A stretch of DNA of 64,000 nt from Trichoplax adhaerens (GCF_000150275.1 NW_002060945.1:9440011-9504010); one strand, 5' to 3'; shown: positions 38,801 to 51,230, counted from the stretch's first letter. A program made the numbers and translations. The notes: a model not told the origin generated them from the sequence alone.

Positions 38801-40360
38801 CTCGTACGCTAATTGTAGATACAGCATATAAACCAGTTTTAGGCTTTCCCGTTAGCAATGATATAACTAATGATACTGTTACTTTACGATGGACTATCGT
38901 TGGTCAACCGTTTTATTTCCAGCCTCAATATAGACTTTCAAGTAAGTAATGTACCGCAATGTTAAAGTTTTCTATCATTTTAGCTGCTACTTCAGCGATA
39001 GCAAAGAAGAACAAATTATTGCTAAACCGAGCTAATTACTACATAAGAAGCGCTTTAAAAGAATTCTCTCTTGTTTGTGACTTTATTTTTATTAGATCAA
39101 ATATGGATATCTAGTAATAATCTTACAAGGCAAACAGCAAATGTAGTAATAAGAGGACTTCTACCGAATACAGCTTACGAATTCAGAGTTAATGCGATCT
39201 ATTTTAGCGGACGAAATATATCAAGCGATATCCGAGCTGTACAAACTAAAAGTAAATATAAGATCACTTGTAGTAGCAAGAATGAACTAACTTTTCTATT
39301 AGCTAGACGATACAACTATAACCCATACAAGTAGTAATGAAAAATCTATGTATATCTGATATACTGAGCTAGATTGATTCCTTTTTCGCTTTATAGATAC
39401 TATCGGACAACAAGTTCGACCTTTTTATCAAGAAGCATGGTTTATCATTATTATTGTTATAGCTTGTCTAGCCCTTATTATAGCTATAGCTGTCCTACTT
39501 TGCAAAGGCCGTAAGAAAGCAGGTAAATTTCCAGGTTAGTGTGAATGTTAATGATCTTATTATAGTAGCCTACTTGCTTAGATGTTTTCTATTACTGTTA
39601 AAATCAATCGGCTGATTTTTCAATTTCTTTGTTTATATCGCATTCATATTAGCAGTCCCAAAAGGCAAACAGTAAGTCAATCTTTTCAAAGTTTTCTTAA
39701 TTATAGAGTAATTTCGATAGTCTGCATAGATTTACTAGCTACTAGCCAGTATAAACCCGGCTAGGCCGGGAATTTCTCCACAAAACGTATGAATCTATTA
39801 CTTCACACAAAAATATCTACATGGCATTTATATACGAAACCCGCGTAAAAATCGGCTTCTACTTTATGTTTATAGATTATTTTTATTTAGTATTTTTATA
39901 TCCGTAGATTGTATTCTTTATGAATGTAACTAGAATATTAGAGCTATAATGTATTGACGGATTACTACTATTATTTACTGTTAGGAATCCACCTATTCCA
40001 CCGCCTCCTGAGCCAGCAAACGAGGAATATGATAGCCTAAAGAGGCCACCTTTGCCTCCTATGCAGACTGAAACAATCCAACATGGAGACGAGTCGTTAC
40101 TTGACAATGATAGCGTCGATAGCCTTGAACAATATGCTGACTTGCCTGGATTAAGTAAATTTAATGAGGACGGCTCATTTATTGGTGAATATGGCGACAA
40201 GGAAATGGACAGATACAGCCAATATAATCGTGACAGCGTTGTTGAGCCAGCTGGTAGTCACTATGGCACAGTCCGTGATGATGCAAGCTATCATACTAAT
40301 CATACTAATCATAATACCCTCGATGTCGATAATAGCACTACTTTTTCAACTTTTGTCTAA
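32850..40360 (+). CDS. L1-family cell adhesion molecule, paralog B; same 19-coding-exon structure, ~1199 aa
   Basis: ATG 32850; exons include 32850-32916, 33277-33591, 33739-34059, 34356-34376, TM exon 39397-39534, 39656-39671 and 39985-40360. Splice sites are conserved and no stops or frameshifts were seen; there is one in-frame codon deletion in Ig1. Tail retains FNEDGSFIGEY and STFV*. Confidence 0.93.
39742..39876 (-). mobile_element. 135-bp non-autonomous Helitron in the last intron of paralog B
   Basis: Absent from the same intron of copy A (agcta|ttattttt, ~21438). On the minus strand it begins 5'-TC(TATAAAC) and ends CTAG-3', with a perfect GC hairpin CCCGGC-CTA-GCCGGG (39756-39770) 10 nt before the CTAG. 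It sits between A and T with no target-site duplication. Confidence 0.85.
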
Positions 40361-41589
40361 TTTCTGGCATAGCTCAGCATCTTCTTAAGTAACAACATTT
40401 AAATCGTTTAAATTCAGTGTTTTATGTGACAGCAAGATACATTTTCCTAATTCGCATATCATTATGCCTATGCAGTATTATTAACTAGTTAAAAGTGATG
40501 ATAAAATCCATTTAAAAATTCTAACATTGTTTACTTGGAAAAGATCAGATCATAGTAATAAGAAAAGAAAAATACATGGCAAGGTACAATTAATCTAATA
40601 TTGGATCTAGGTATTCAATTTAATCTCTCCAATAATAATCAAATATCGTAATTCAGTAATATTATTGCTGCAATACTACAAGATCCTGAAGGCTACAATT
40701 AATTCTTGACATATCAAATAATCGGTCTCACTCTTATATTCTGAAGTAATCTATGCATATAACAATATTCATTCATGATTGTTTAAGAACAACATCTACT
40801 CGTTGGATTATATTGTAATTTGATCATGTATGGAAGCATAATACTAATAATTATAGAGAATCTAATTGAATATCATTAGAATCGCAATTTAAAGAAATAG
40901 ATTCTGTACGATCTTGCAATAGTAGGTTGGTTCCACATTTTTCTATAGATAAAGTGATAACTGAATGGTGATTTCGGACACATTTATGGCTATGTTACTT
41001 GCATCTGTCAAACATAAATTGGATATATTTTTTATTTTTGCAGGATTTTCATTTATACTACTGTATTTATCCACTTATGATGTGCTAAATATTCTAAGTT
41101 CGTAAAAGTGAATATGAAACCCGCAATAATGTCAGGAAGTGATAATTCTGTTTGTTTAATCTGTTAGTTTTGATGTTTAGTGGTAACCGTGATTTAATCT
41201 CCTGACATGTATTACACTGGACTATTAAATTTGACTTTATATTATTCTAATCGTACTGGTGAAAATATCTATTTGTACAATCTTTTGTGTTATTCCTATT
41301 GCAGCAATATCATAGTGGGTCTTATTTAATCCAAGTTTATCTATTACCGTATTCATTATTCATCAATTTATCCAACTTGGTAATTTCAAAAAATTTGCCC
41401 TGTATGTTGATACTAAAGATAATGATGATGTTCAGCTTGCAGTTTAATCGCAAATAGTGGGCAAGTCTAAAATCGTATGATTTTAGCCATCATTGCTTAT
41501 TGTTACTTTCAATGTAGAAAGATACTGCAGCATTTTTACTTTAACAGCATTGATAATTTTCAAGATTTGTGTCCGATTTGCTATATAGA

Positions 41590-42700
41590 GTAATAAAGAG
41601 ACAGAAGTTATGTATTCAATTACTGTGAATTGAATTTTATCAATTTAGCTAAATAGAAAATTAGCATTTTCAGCACATATATAGAACGCTACCTGCATAG
41701 TTGTTGTAAGTAAGACATCATAAATAGTGATATAATGCCTAAATTTATTATTCGCGATTACAGGACTTTAATCTGCGTAAGAAGCTTTACATAGTGCACA
41801 ACTTTGATAATTCTAGTTACAATGTAGAAAGATTAAACCGCGCTATTTCTCAATAAAGGCGATAGTGGTTGTATAATCGACTGTTATGATAGCTTCGATT
41901 CATTTAGCGGAATTAAAAACTAACATCAAGACAATATCAGGCACTACTTTCACTTTTATGTATGACAGTCATAGCTTTAATTAAACTTAAATCGAGTATT
42001 CTCTACTTGTATAATTTCCGTTTAGTGCATGGGTGTCACAATTTTAGCTATAATGCAGAGAAATCTAGATCACGTTTTTTCATCGTAAAAGGAATCAACC
42101 ATTATCATGATTTTTATCAATTTAGCAAAATAGAAAATCACCATTATTAGGACAATATATAAGCTACTTGTACTCTATTTAAGGCGTTACTAACTACACT
42201 AAATGGTTTATTCACTATAGCTAATACAGACTTTCGTACTTACATCCGAAGTTTCAGGTTCATAGCTTTTATAGTTCTAGTGACAATGCAGAAATTGTAC
42301 TACGTCACTTTGCAATAAAAGTGATGGAAATAATGTACATGGATCAGGATAATTTTTATCAACTTAGCAATATAGAAAGCTATTATTACCAAACATCGAA
42401 CGCAATTGGTAGCATGTAGAAATGACGTAAACAATACCTTATTTAATATTCTCTATTAAAGAATTTCTTACTTGTGTAAAAAGTTCTACCGAATACATGA
42501 CTCCCATAGTTCTAGTAGTGGTATAGAAAGATTATATCACGTAATTTCGTCATAGAAGAGATAGAGTAGTAAAATTGATTGTTAAGATGACTTCATCTAT
42601 TTAGTATAAATATCCTATATAAGATAGCGCTAACTATATAGTACATGAAGTAATTATTTTATAATACAGTCCAGTTAGGAGTTTCTTACTTATACAAAAA
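41590..42700. repeat. Copy-B counterpart of the degenerate ~235-bp array
   Basis: The same motif recurs near 41637, 41895, 42115, 42356 and 42592. Confidence 0.7.
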
Positions 42701-44131
42701 GCTGTGCATCGTGGATGAATTTAATAGCTCTAATTTAATTTGCAGAAAGACTACACTTTATTCCGCGGTGGCATTTTGGAATAAAACAGAAGACTGTGAT
42801 ACTTTCAAAGTGGCTAATTCTCCTTGATGCATGATTTGGTCCCTCAAACTCACTTGTATACCCATAAAATATTTCACACTAATAAACGAAAATGATACAG
42901 CTATCTTACTATTCATGTGCTAACTATCACTTATGTAGATGTTAAAAGTATACAGTTCCAATTTGTCGACAATATGGCAATAAGTTCTAGAAATAATAAA
43001 GCAAAAGAAGAGATAAACGTATTAAGAAAGCATAATGCTGCACTTTTTTAAGACCTATACTGACACGAATAGCCAAAATATACAATCCACATGCATAAGC
43101 TAAAAGAGTATCTTATCAACGCATAGAAATAGAGTATATGGTAGAATATTCCGGAACTTACTAGTAGTTATTACAGTATATGTGTATATGAAATCAATTT
43201 TGTAGAAGATGCTACATGCTTACGAATGCGAGCACGTACGCATTCTAGACTAACGCTTGAGAAGTCGCTCTAATTGTATTATGAGAATTAGCTGCTGATA
43301 TATTGGCCGCCGATATTAATTATAATTATTAGATTATTCGTTTTTTAAAATAAACAAATATGATTGTAGTCGTCGGAGAAAAAATAATATTCTTATTCAA
43401 CAGTCAGAAATTTTAAAATTGATGTAAATGATCTCATATTTATCGCCATTGGCTTGTATACTTGAAGAAAGTATTCTAGTAGCCTATGAGATTATGAAAC
43501 ACAGTTGTATAGTTATGCTGCATAAAATTTTTTATAAATATTAGTTAGATATAAATGATAAAAGATAGTACAAGTAGTTAATTTAATAGAATGTAGGTCT
43601 ATGTCATAGAAATTTCCTTTCTGACGCTTTTTATTATCAAAATAATATTTACTGGAATACAAATGCAATCCATTCAAATTTGGTATGACAGATGGATTAT
43701 GCTCATTATTTTACATCATTCCATATTGTTTCTCCACTAAGGCATTTCTATGATATTAATATTAATGTTAGAATCAAATTGATCAAGAAATAATTATACA
43801 GTATCTACGAAGACTGCATAGCTTAAATTAGTCAATAAGATATATTTATCAGATAATCGATAATAATATTGTAATAAAATAATAGGATCAAGACAGATGT
43901 ATTTCTGAGAATATTTCGTTAATACTTTAGTGATAAGATGCTATAGGTAATCATTTTCGCATGATTTTATTATATATAAAACATTATTTCTTTTCCTTCT
44001 AATTAATAGAATATACAAAAACCCTCAGTTAATCACACAATACCAGTAGTTAGTTTTGCATGCCTAACAACTTCGGTTACAGAAAGAGTAATATTATTAT
44101 GATACAATATTCGACATGTGGTTAGAATATA

Positions 44132-46747
44132 TTATCGGATAGTTTTTTGGCTAAAGGAATAACGACTGACCGTTCGCCTTGTAGAGTGTCTAGTATTTAA
44201 CTCAGGGCGAACAATAATTAAATAGATTTTATAGGAATAAAGGCATAAAACGACAACAATTGCAAATATAGTTACACCAAATGATATCACTGCGATAGAC
44301 GCTAATCCACTGGTAGCAAAATAAAATGGTACCAAGTATAAAAGTGTCATACACATTACAACACAAGTAACCAAGATACATTTCGCTTCGTTGAAGTTAC
44401 TTGGCAATTTACGCGCTCGATAGGCAAGTGAAATGCATATAACATTACCTATAAAAAGCCCAACTACTAATATAATAAATGGTGCTTTTGTTGTCGCTTG
44501 GCAGTTGGCATAAACTAGATTATTGGTTGAGATATATCTGCCAACTTCTATAGGATAGACTAATAAGGTAATCCCTACTATAGCTACAATAACAATAATT
44601 AAAACTGATACAATAATAAATTGACCACATGTTCGGTAGAGTAAACTTTGGCGTATAGCTGAAGGATTGCGAACATTAAATAATCCTAACATTAATTGTG
44701 TTTTAACCATGATAGAAGCAAGTATACAAGTGCACGAAAAGCTAAGTATTAGCAAAACTAATGAACAAATAGTTGTAGTTAATGGTAATACGAGTAAAAT
44801 TGGTACAATATATAAAATTATAACACCAAATAAGAGGATATGAGTTAGAAGACGATGGGTAGCTCGAACAATTGGTGTTCTTCGATAGATAATCATACAA
44901 ATCCAAACGAGGAGAGTAATGATAGCGCAAAAGCTCACTACAGTTAATAACGCGATAACAAGTGGATCACTTATTTGCAAATGAGTAACTTGAACATCTT
45001 GACATTGAGATTGATTGGCGAATGTACCCCATGAACATGAATAACAAACTGGAGCATTCGTAACATTGGATATTGTATTAGGAGGGCATGGTAAGCAATC
45101 CCAGCAGCAACTACTCTTATTTTTTCGATATCTTCGATAACTCCCCGGCTGACAATCACCATGACATGTCGATATTGGAATTTGACTGGAATTGTTACTA
45201 TTCCATACAATCGGTTGATAAAGAAATAGAGTTAATTCTTGATCTATTGGCTTAGAACCATTCCACATCCCGATTGTAATAAAATTTAATGTATCTTGTT
45301 GTGGCTGTAGATTAATAATAGTATAGACACCTTGACTATTTCCTTCTTGATCAAATTGAAACGATGGATCTGTTATACCATCAAAAGTAATATTATCTAA
45401 CGATGGAGTTATTTTTAAGCGTAACTGACTTAAAGGTAAATCTAATCGGCAATCATGATCATCGCATTCTAACGCATGATGTAATGCATGAGCTGTTGCA
45501 AAAACTGAATCGATAACGTAACCAGATTTACCATCAGCAATTAATGAGTCTAATGTTTTACCATTGTTTTTTAGCCAAGTTTGCCTAGTTTGACAGCTAT
45601 GAAAGCTCATATTGTGATCCATTCCTAATTGTTGTCGCCAATAAGAAGTTAACCAAGATTGGTCTTGGTCTTTGCTATGGTTATGATGATTGCATAAATC
45701 TAAATCTTGTAGATAGTATTGAAAATCAGTTGATAAACCTTGATCTAAGACAACACCTAAAGCTCCTCCAATAACATCATGGCGGATAGTCTTTAACTGT
45801 GGTGAATCGCCCCAGCCATCAGATGCAATAAATGTCCTGCCCGTTAAATTATACTTTTCAGCTTGCTTAAAAAATTGAATAGCTTGATATTCAGAGCATA
45901 TTAATATAATGACTTGTATAGCAGTGTCATCCAATAAGGAATGGATAATTTCTTTTACATCGGTTGTTAACTTTGTTGTTGAAAAACGTCGTTGTAAAGG
46001 AATACAAATTCCTCTTTGAGAAGCTAAAGCTGTTACTGAATTCACTAAGAACTGGCCGTAAATATCGTCAGCTGCTACTGTAGCAATATAATTCCAACCA
46101 AAATAAGTTAATAGATCAAGAAATACTTTAGCTTGATGAATATCGGATGGCACAGTCCTAAAAAATGTTCTAAAATGAACTCGATTGCTTAAAATTCGAC
46201 TCGTAGATGCATAACTAACTTGAGCTAAATTATATTGATTGAATAATGTTGCAATAGCAATAGATTGTTCACTTGTTCTTGCTCCGATGACTACGATAGG
46301 TTTTGTTAAAGTTTTATTACTATTTTCTTTCCTTCCATGAGCTGATGAAGTAGAGCATAGTTGATTGTTCTTATTGGATGGCTGAGCGTATTGAATAGCA
46401 TAAGAAAGGGCGAGTTGGGAGCTACTACATGTATCAAGTAAATGATAGCCAAGTTTTATTTTAGGTAAAAGATTTGGGTTATCATTGATTGATTGAATAG
46501 CATAAATCATGGCTTCTGCATATTGTAGTCCCCTTATATTAATCGATGAGCAAAGATTAGAATCTGGATCATATAAATCGTGAATATCGAATAATCCACC
46601 TAATATAACATCACCAGGTTGATAAGTTTTATTGGGAAATAGCATAGAATTACTTAAATCATCTTTGCTACTCATTCCTGGCCATATTTGCACTAGTAGA
46701 AATATTAGTTGACCATAGATTGGATATTGCACTAAATTGAATTTCAT
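44132..46747 (-). CDS. Class C GPCR (metabotropic glutamate / calcium-sensing receptor-like), intronless CDS, 871 aa
   Basis: Signal peptide; Venus-flytrap motifs PGDVILGGLFDIH, EAMIYAIQSINDNPNLLPKIKLGYHLLDTC, QVSYASTSRILS, FFRTVPSD, FGWNYI, FIASDGWG; Cys-rich domain (CHGDCQPG..CCWDCLPC); seven hydrophobic helices with RKLPSNFNEAK and KIYLIIVRPELN. Confidence 0.96.
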   Translation of the reverse strand: MKFNLVQYPIYGQLIFLLVQIWPGMSSKDDLSNSMLFPNKTYQPGDVILGGLFDIHDLYDPDSNLCSSINIRGLQYAEAMIYAIQSINDNPNLLPKIKLGYHLLDTCSSSQLALSYAIQYAQPSNKNNQLCSTSSAHGRKENSNKTLTKPIVVIGARTSEQSIAIATLFNQYNLAQVSYASTSRILSNRVHFRTFFRTVPSDIHQAKVFLDLLTYFGWNYIATVAADDIYGQFLVNSVTALASQRGICIPLQRRFSTTKLTTDVKEIIHSLLDDTAIQVIILICSEYQAIQFFKQAEKYNLTGRTFIASDGWGDSPQLKTIRHDVIGGALGVVLDQGLSTDFQYYLQDLDLCNHHNHSKDQDQSWLTSYWRQQLGMDHNMSFHSCQTRQTWLKNNGKTLDSLIADGKSGYVIDSVFATAHALHHALECDDHDCRLDLPLSQLRLKITPSLDNITFDGITDPSFQFDQEGNSQGVYTIINLQPQQDTLNFITIGMWNGSKPIDQELTLFLYQPIVWNSNNSSQIPISTCHGDCQPGSYRRYRKNKSSCCWDCLPCPPNTISNVTNAPVCYSCSWGTFANQSQCQDVQVTHLQISDPLVIALLTVVSFCAIITLLVWICMIIYRRTPIVRATHRLLTHILLFGVIILYIVPILLVLPLTTTICSLVLLILSFSCTCILASIMVKTQLMLGLFNVRNPSAIRQSLLYRTCGQFIIVSVLIIVIVAIVGITLLVYPIEVGRYISTNNLVYANCQATTKAPFIILVVGLFIGNVICISLAYRARKLPSNFNEAKCILVTCVVMCMTLLYLVPFYFATSGLASIAVISFGVTIFAIVVVLCLYSYKIYLIIVRPELNTRHSTRRTVSRYSFSQKTIR

Positions 46748-47949
46748 ACTTGATGATATTTTCCTAATTCCTTTTTTGGAAGAGTAATTTCAAAATTCTT
46801 TCTTGAATATAGTTCTAAGATTATTATGATAATAAGTAAGAAATTGACTTCAAAAATAGCTTGAGTTAGAAGAACTGGTGGATAATAAATTCAACATGAA
46901 ATGAATTAGCAAAAATATGAAATGGAGCTGGTAAGAAGAATCGATATTTTTTTTTAATAAAGTTCTAAACTCATGAACTTATAAGTACAGTACTCGTATA
47001 TACAATATGATCAGATGATACAAACAGATATTGGATAAAGTATAATAATGGTGAGGATAACTGAGCAATCCGTTTAATAAATTTCTTTTAATCCGTACAA
47101 AAAAGTGAATAAGCAAAGATCGAGGGAAATATGTAATAAAAAACTTCCTGCTTGCATTAGAAGACTACATCTAGGCTTTGCAATTAGCGATATTCAAGTT
47201 CAAAGAATAAATGGATCAAATAATTAATAAATTGTATGAAATTGTATCTTTGATGTAGTGTACAGGTTGAATAAAAACAGTAAAGTTTCGCTTAGTAAAG
47301 TAGAAATCAATCCTTGATGATGATAAAAAAAACAAAATTTTCTTTCATTCGTTTACGATGAACAGTTTTATAGCCTTAAATTTACCTGTCAGTAGCTTGT
47401 AATAGATTTATCGCTTTTCTCAAATAGTTTCTATATCAGGAGAACATATAAGCTATCTGGATCGATATGATGACTAAAGATCAAAAAGCATTTAAAAAAG
47501 AGATTCCTTTAATAATTGAAATATTAAAGCGGTCATGATGATAACAATATTTAATAGAAATACGACTTCACCATTAAAAGTAATGCAACAGTAAAAGATT
47601 GCTTAAAGTAATAATTCTAAACTGTTATTCCAGTAAAAATAAAGTAAGAAGGGGCAACATCAGGTACTGCATTATCATGAAATATCTTACCGATATTTAG
47701 TGAAGGCGTAAGTTAATTTCAGATAAAATAGGAATTTTACGGCGCTAGTGCCATGGCTGGATGACTGTGATTAAGATTACCGCAAAAAGTAACTGAAAAG
47801 GGAATACTCAATCTTGTATTCTTTTAGAGTCAATACGAACGAAATAAAATACGATAAAACAGTAAGGAAGAAGAAATGTCAATTTCTTCTTTACAATTAA
47901 GGCAAATGTGAAATTTCCTTCCCACAATAAATTAGTAAAAGTAATCGGA

Positions 47950-48550
47950 ACTTTTGGGTGATATCCAAGTCAATATCATTCGATCCTACTAAAGAATCAC
48001 AAGGATCCAATTTCTTACTTTGACTATAAGGCAATAAAGTAACCTTGACTACTGTTCATATCCAAGTTAATATCTTTTAGTAAGGTGATGGAATTAATAA
48101 GGATCTAATTCCTTGTTTTTGCTAATTTCCGAGTTCAATATCTTTCAGTCAGATTGTAGAATCAGTGAGGATGTAATTTCTATTTCCACTTGTAAATTCG
48201 TATAATAGGCTTGACCTATCGCTGATATCCAAGTCAATATCTTTAAAATTAGCGAGGATCTAGTTTCTTGTGCTATTTATTAATTTGTAAAGCTTGACAT
48301 TTTGCCGATATCCAAGTCAATATCTTAAAGTCAGGCTATAGAAACAGTGAGGATCTAATTTCTTGTTCTACTTATCAATTCGTAAACTAAGCTTTAATAT
48401 TTTTGCTGGTATTCAAGCCAATATCTTTTAATCGGAGGATAGAATTCAAGAAGATTTAATATCTATTTGCATTTATTAGTTGGTAAAGTAAGCTTCGATT
48501 TTTTGCTGGTATCCAAGTCAATCTTTTGCAGTCAAATTGTCAATTTGTTC
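47950..48550. repeat. Degenerate tandem array, ~75-100 bp unit, ~7 copies
   Basis: gatatccaagtcaatatc or close variants at ~47960, 48058, 48130, 48224, 48307, 48409 and 48509, mostly followed by gaggatctaatttcttg-like sequence. Confidence 0.85.
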
Positions 48551-48750
48551 CTTTTTTTTCTCTACTAGTAAGCTATCAGTGGCTACTTGGCTATTCAATT
48601 TTGTTGATCATTGTCCGATGACAGTATTGATGGCAATAAAAAATTACCCAATAACAACGACTATTGATGATTCAATTCCTTCTGCAAGGGATTGATCAGG
48701 TTACCTATCATTTCTTGGATCTTGCTTCGCGTTGATCAGGTATTGAAATT

Positions 48751-49139
48751 TGGATAATTCATTTATTGACATTCGATGACGACATCAAAGACAAAGTGGT
48801 TGACGAAAGAATAAACAAAATCATTTTCTCTCTATCCCATTTGAGCACAAAAGTGTGCCAAACTTTGGCTTATGAATAAGAGTGGACGATACAAATTGTA
48901 TTAAACCCCTGTTGATAACCTTGATTGGGATTAAGAATGCTTTGATTGATAAATATGGAAATATTGACATCAAGTTATTCAATGGAGTTAATTAAGACGT
49001 GGCTACTGTTTTAACTGGTCTTTTATCAAATAGTCAGTAGATTTTTCTGATTGTTCATGATGGCAATTCTATTCTTTCTACTACTATATTCAACAATGTG
49101 GATGGATTAATGCTAACATCAGTACAATTAAGATCATGA
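48751..49139 (+). pseudogene. Possible decayed NACHT/STAND NTPase relic
   Basis: Reading through stops and one frameshift gives RINKIIFSLSHLSTKVCQTLAYE*EW (cf. GKTTLCQKLAYDW), LLSNSQ*IFLIVHDG (Walker B-like) and LMLTS (cf. hhhTSR), in the expected order. Confidence 0.25.
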
Positions 49140-50329
49140 GACTTTTGTGTCTTCTTTTAGTCTAAATTAAAACTATTTATCCCTGGAATCATTTCTGCAG
49201 GAATAGATACATTCATTTATGATTAGGATTTGGCATGAGTGTAATTCTATTGCTATGAGGATTATCTGCATTACGGTAGAATTGAATTGATAGTTTTAGC
49301 TAAACTGGGTATATTTCACCTATAGAAGAATTTGTTATTTTTCGTAGTGGCTCCTTAGGTGTGTATCGTCGTTGATTCGAAGATGATTAATTTTAAGGGT
49401 GATATTAAAATCGTTACTTCAATCTTGGCTACTTTTTCTGCCTTATGGAAGCTCCATTTTAGAATTGAATGTATCAATGAAACTAAATCTAAATCAATAT
49501 TCAAAGACCTCTAGCTTTTTTATGACCCCATTGCTCTTTCTCGCTCTCTTAAACTATTTCATTAATTTGGATTAACATGCAACCGTTGTAAATAGAAACC
49601 ATGATGATGGCAACATCAATAATGATATAATTTACTTCGGCTATTTTATGTTCGTGACTTGCAAATTCTTATGTTACTGCAATATAGAAGCTTTTTGGAA
49701 ATTGAATATAAAAACAAAATTATTGACTATAGCTCTTTCCTTTTGCTAAATACCTGATTAAGTCACCATTGCATACCTCTACTATAGCATTAAAATATCC
49801 AAAAATAGAATAAAAACAACTTTTCATCTTGTCACGATATAATCCATGTTAAGGAACGATTGCATTGAGAACAAACGTATTTTATTTTCTCTAATAGGAT
49901 TCCAAAGTAAGGGAGCCCAACATCTGGTGTGCAATAAATTATACAAGGGATAAAACAAATTAGAACCACCATATTGACATAAATAACATCATTGAAAAAA
50001 TGACCATTGTCCTCATTTGAATTCCTTATTAATGGAATCGACTGTAGTTCTAGTTTTAAGGAATTAAAGGAAATATTTATTTATAAAAATATAATTATTT
50101 CCGTTAACATACAGCAGTGCTGCTAATACTTACGTAATGTGATTGCGTAGCAGGAGTTCATGCTGACTCACCTAATTGAATATTAATAAGTAAAATAAAA
50201 TCGAAAGAGAGAATTGTCAACTTTTAGATTCGTCAAACTACGGTATGACATCATTCATGAAGAATGGATAAATTTCATAATCAATCTGTTGGAATAGTGA
50301 GAAAGAACATTTTCTATGTGATCGATGGT

Positions 50330-51230
50330 CGTTTTGCTGTAAAAGCTGGATCGGAGATTCATAAATCCATCAACATCCTTGTAGAACTTGGTAAAGTACA
50401 GCGAATGAGAATATTCTCTAATTTACTCTATACATAGTCATCTTCTATCTGGAATCAATTTCCAATAGAAAATGGTTTGGCCTAATCGAACTGTGGTCGA
50501 TTGCAGTTTAACGATCTCGGCAATCAATTTATAGTAAGAGTGCATATGGGAATACTTCCAATGCATACATAAACTCTTCAGTAAGCTTGTAGCAGTAAAG
50601 TTAATGTGAATATTCTCTACTTTACTCTATAAATTATCATCTTCTTTACCTGAAATCAATTTATAAATCTCGGTGATCAATCCGTAGAAGTACTATGAAA
50701 GTGTAAATTCCCATCTAATGGATCAACTCTTTAATAAAGTTGTAGTAGTAAAGTTAATGAGAATATTCTCTACTTTACTTTATGAAACGGTTATCATTTT
50801 TGATCATAGCCAACTTATAGATTACCAAGCTTAATCTAACTATAATCGATCGGAATTGAACGATCTCCGTAATCCATTTGTAGGACTAGCGTGAAAGAGA
50901 TTATTTACAATGTATCTATAAACTCTTTATTAAGCTTATTGCAGTACAGTTCAAGAGAATATCCTTTACCTTATAAGTTGCTATCTTCTCTTAATGGAAA
51001 TCACTTTATAAATCACTAAGCCTAATCTCACTATAACCCATTGAATCGAACAACCTCAGTAATCTATTTGTAGTAATAACACGAAAGAGAAAATTTCCAA
51101 TACATGGATAAACTTATCGATAGATAGTAACAGTAAGCTAAAGGGAATACTTACTACCTTGCTTTATAAATTATCATCTACTTTTAGCTGATATCGATTT
51201 ACAAATCACTAAGCCTAATAGAAAGCAAGA
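50330..51230. repeat. Degenerate tandem array, ~150-200 bp unit, ~5 copies
   Basis: gyagtaaagttaatgagaatattctctactttactctata variants at ~50391, 50592, 50745, 50941 and 51131. Confidence 0.8.

Larger units (their letters stand above)
26010..43040 (+). repeat. Segmental tandem duplication, copy B (~17 kb)
   Basis: Collinear with 8040-24800 at an offset of ~18.0-18.4 kb. Confidence 0.93.

Noticed and set aside
8040-43040. Duplication as a false tandem assembly of two alleles
   Set aside because: Flanks and intron 1 show dense substitutions, many indels, copy-specific insertions and a unique spacer, more than expected for typical alleles. Long reads are still needed to exclude it fully.
47950-48550. 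CRISPR-like look of the recurring 18-mer gatatccaagtcaatatc
   Set aside because: The intervening sequences are homologous to each other, the context is eukaryotic and there are no cas genes; it is a degenerate minisatellite.
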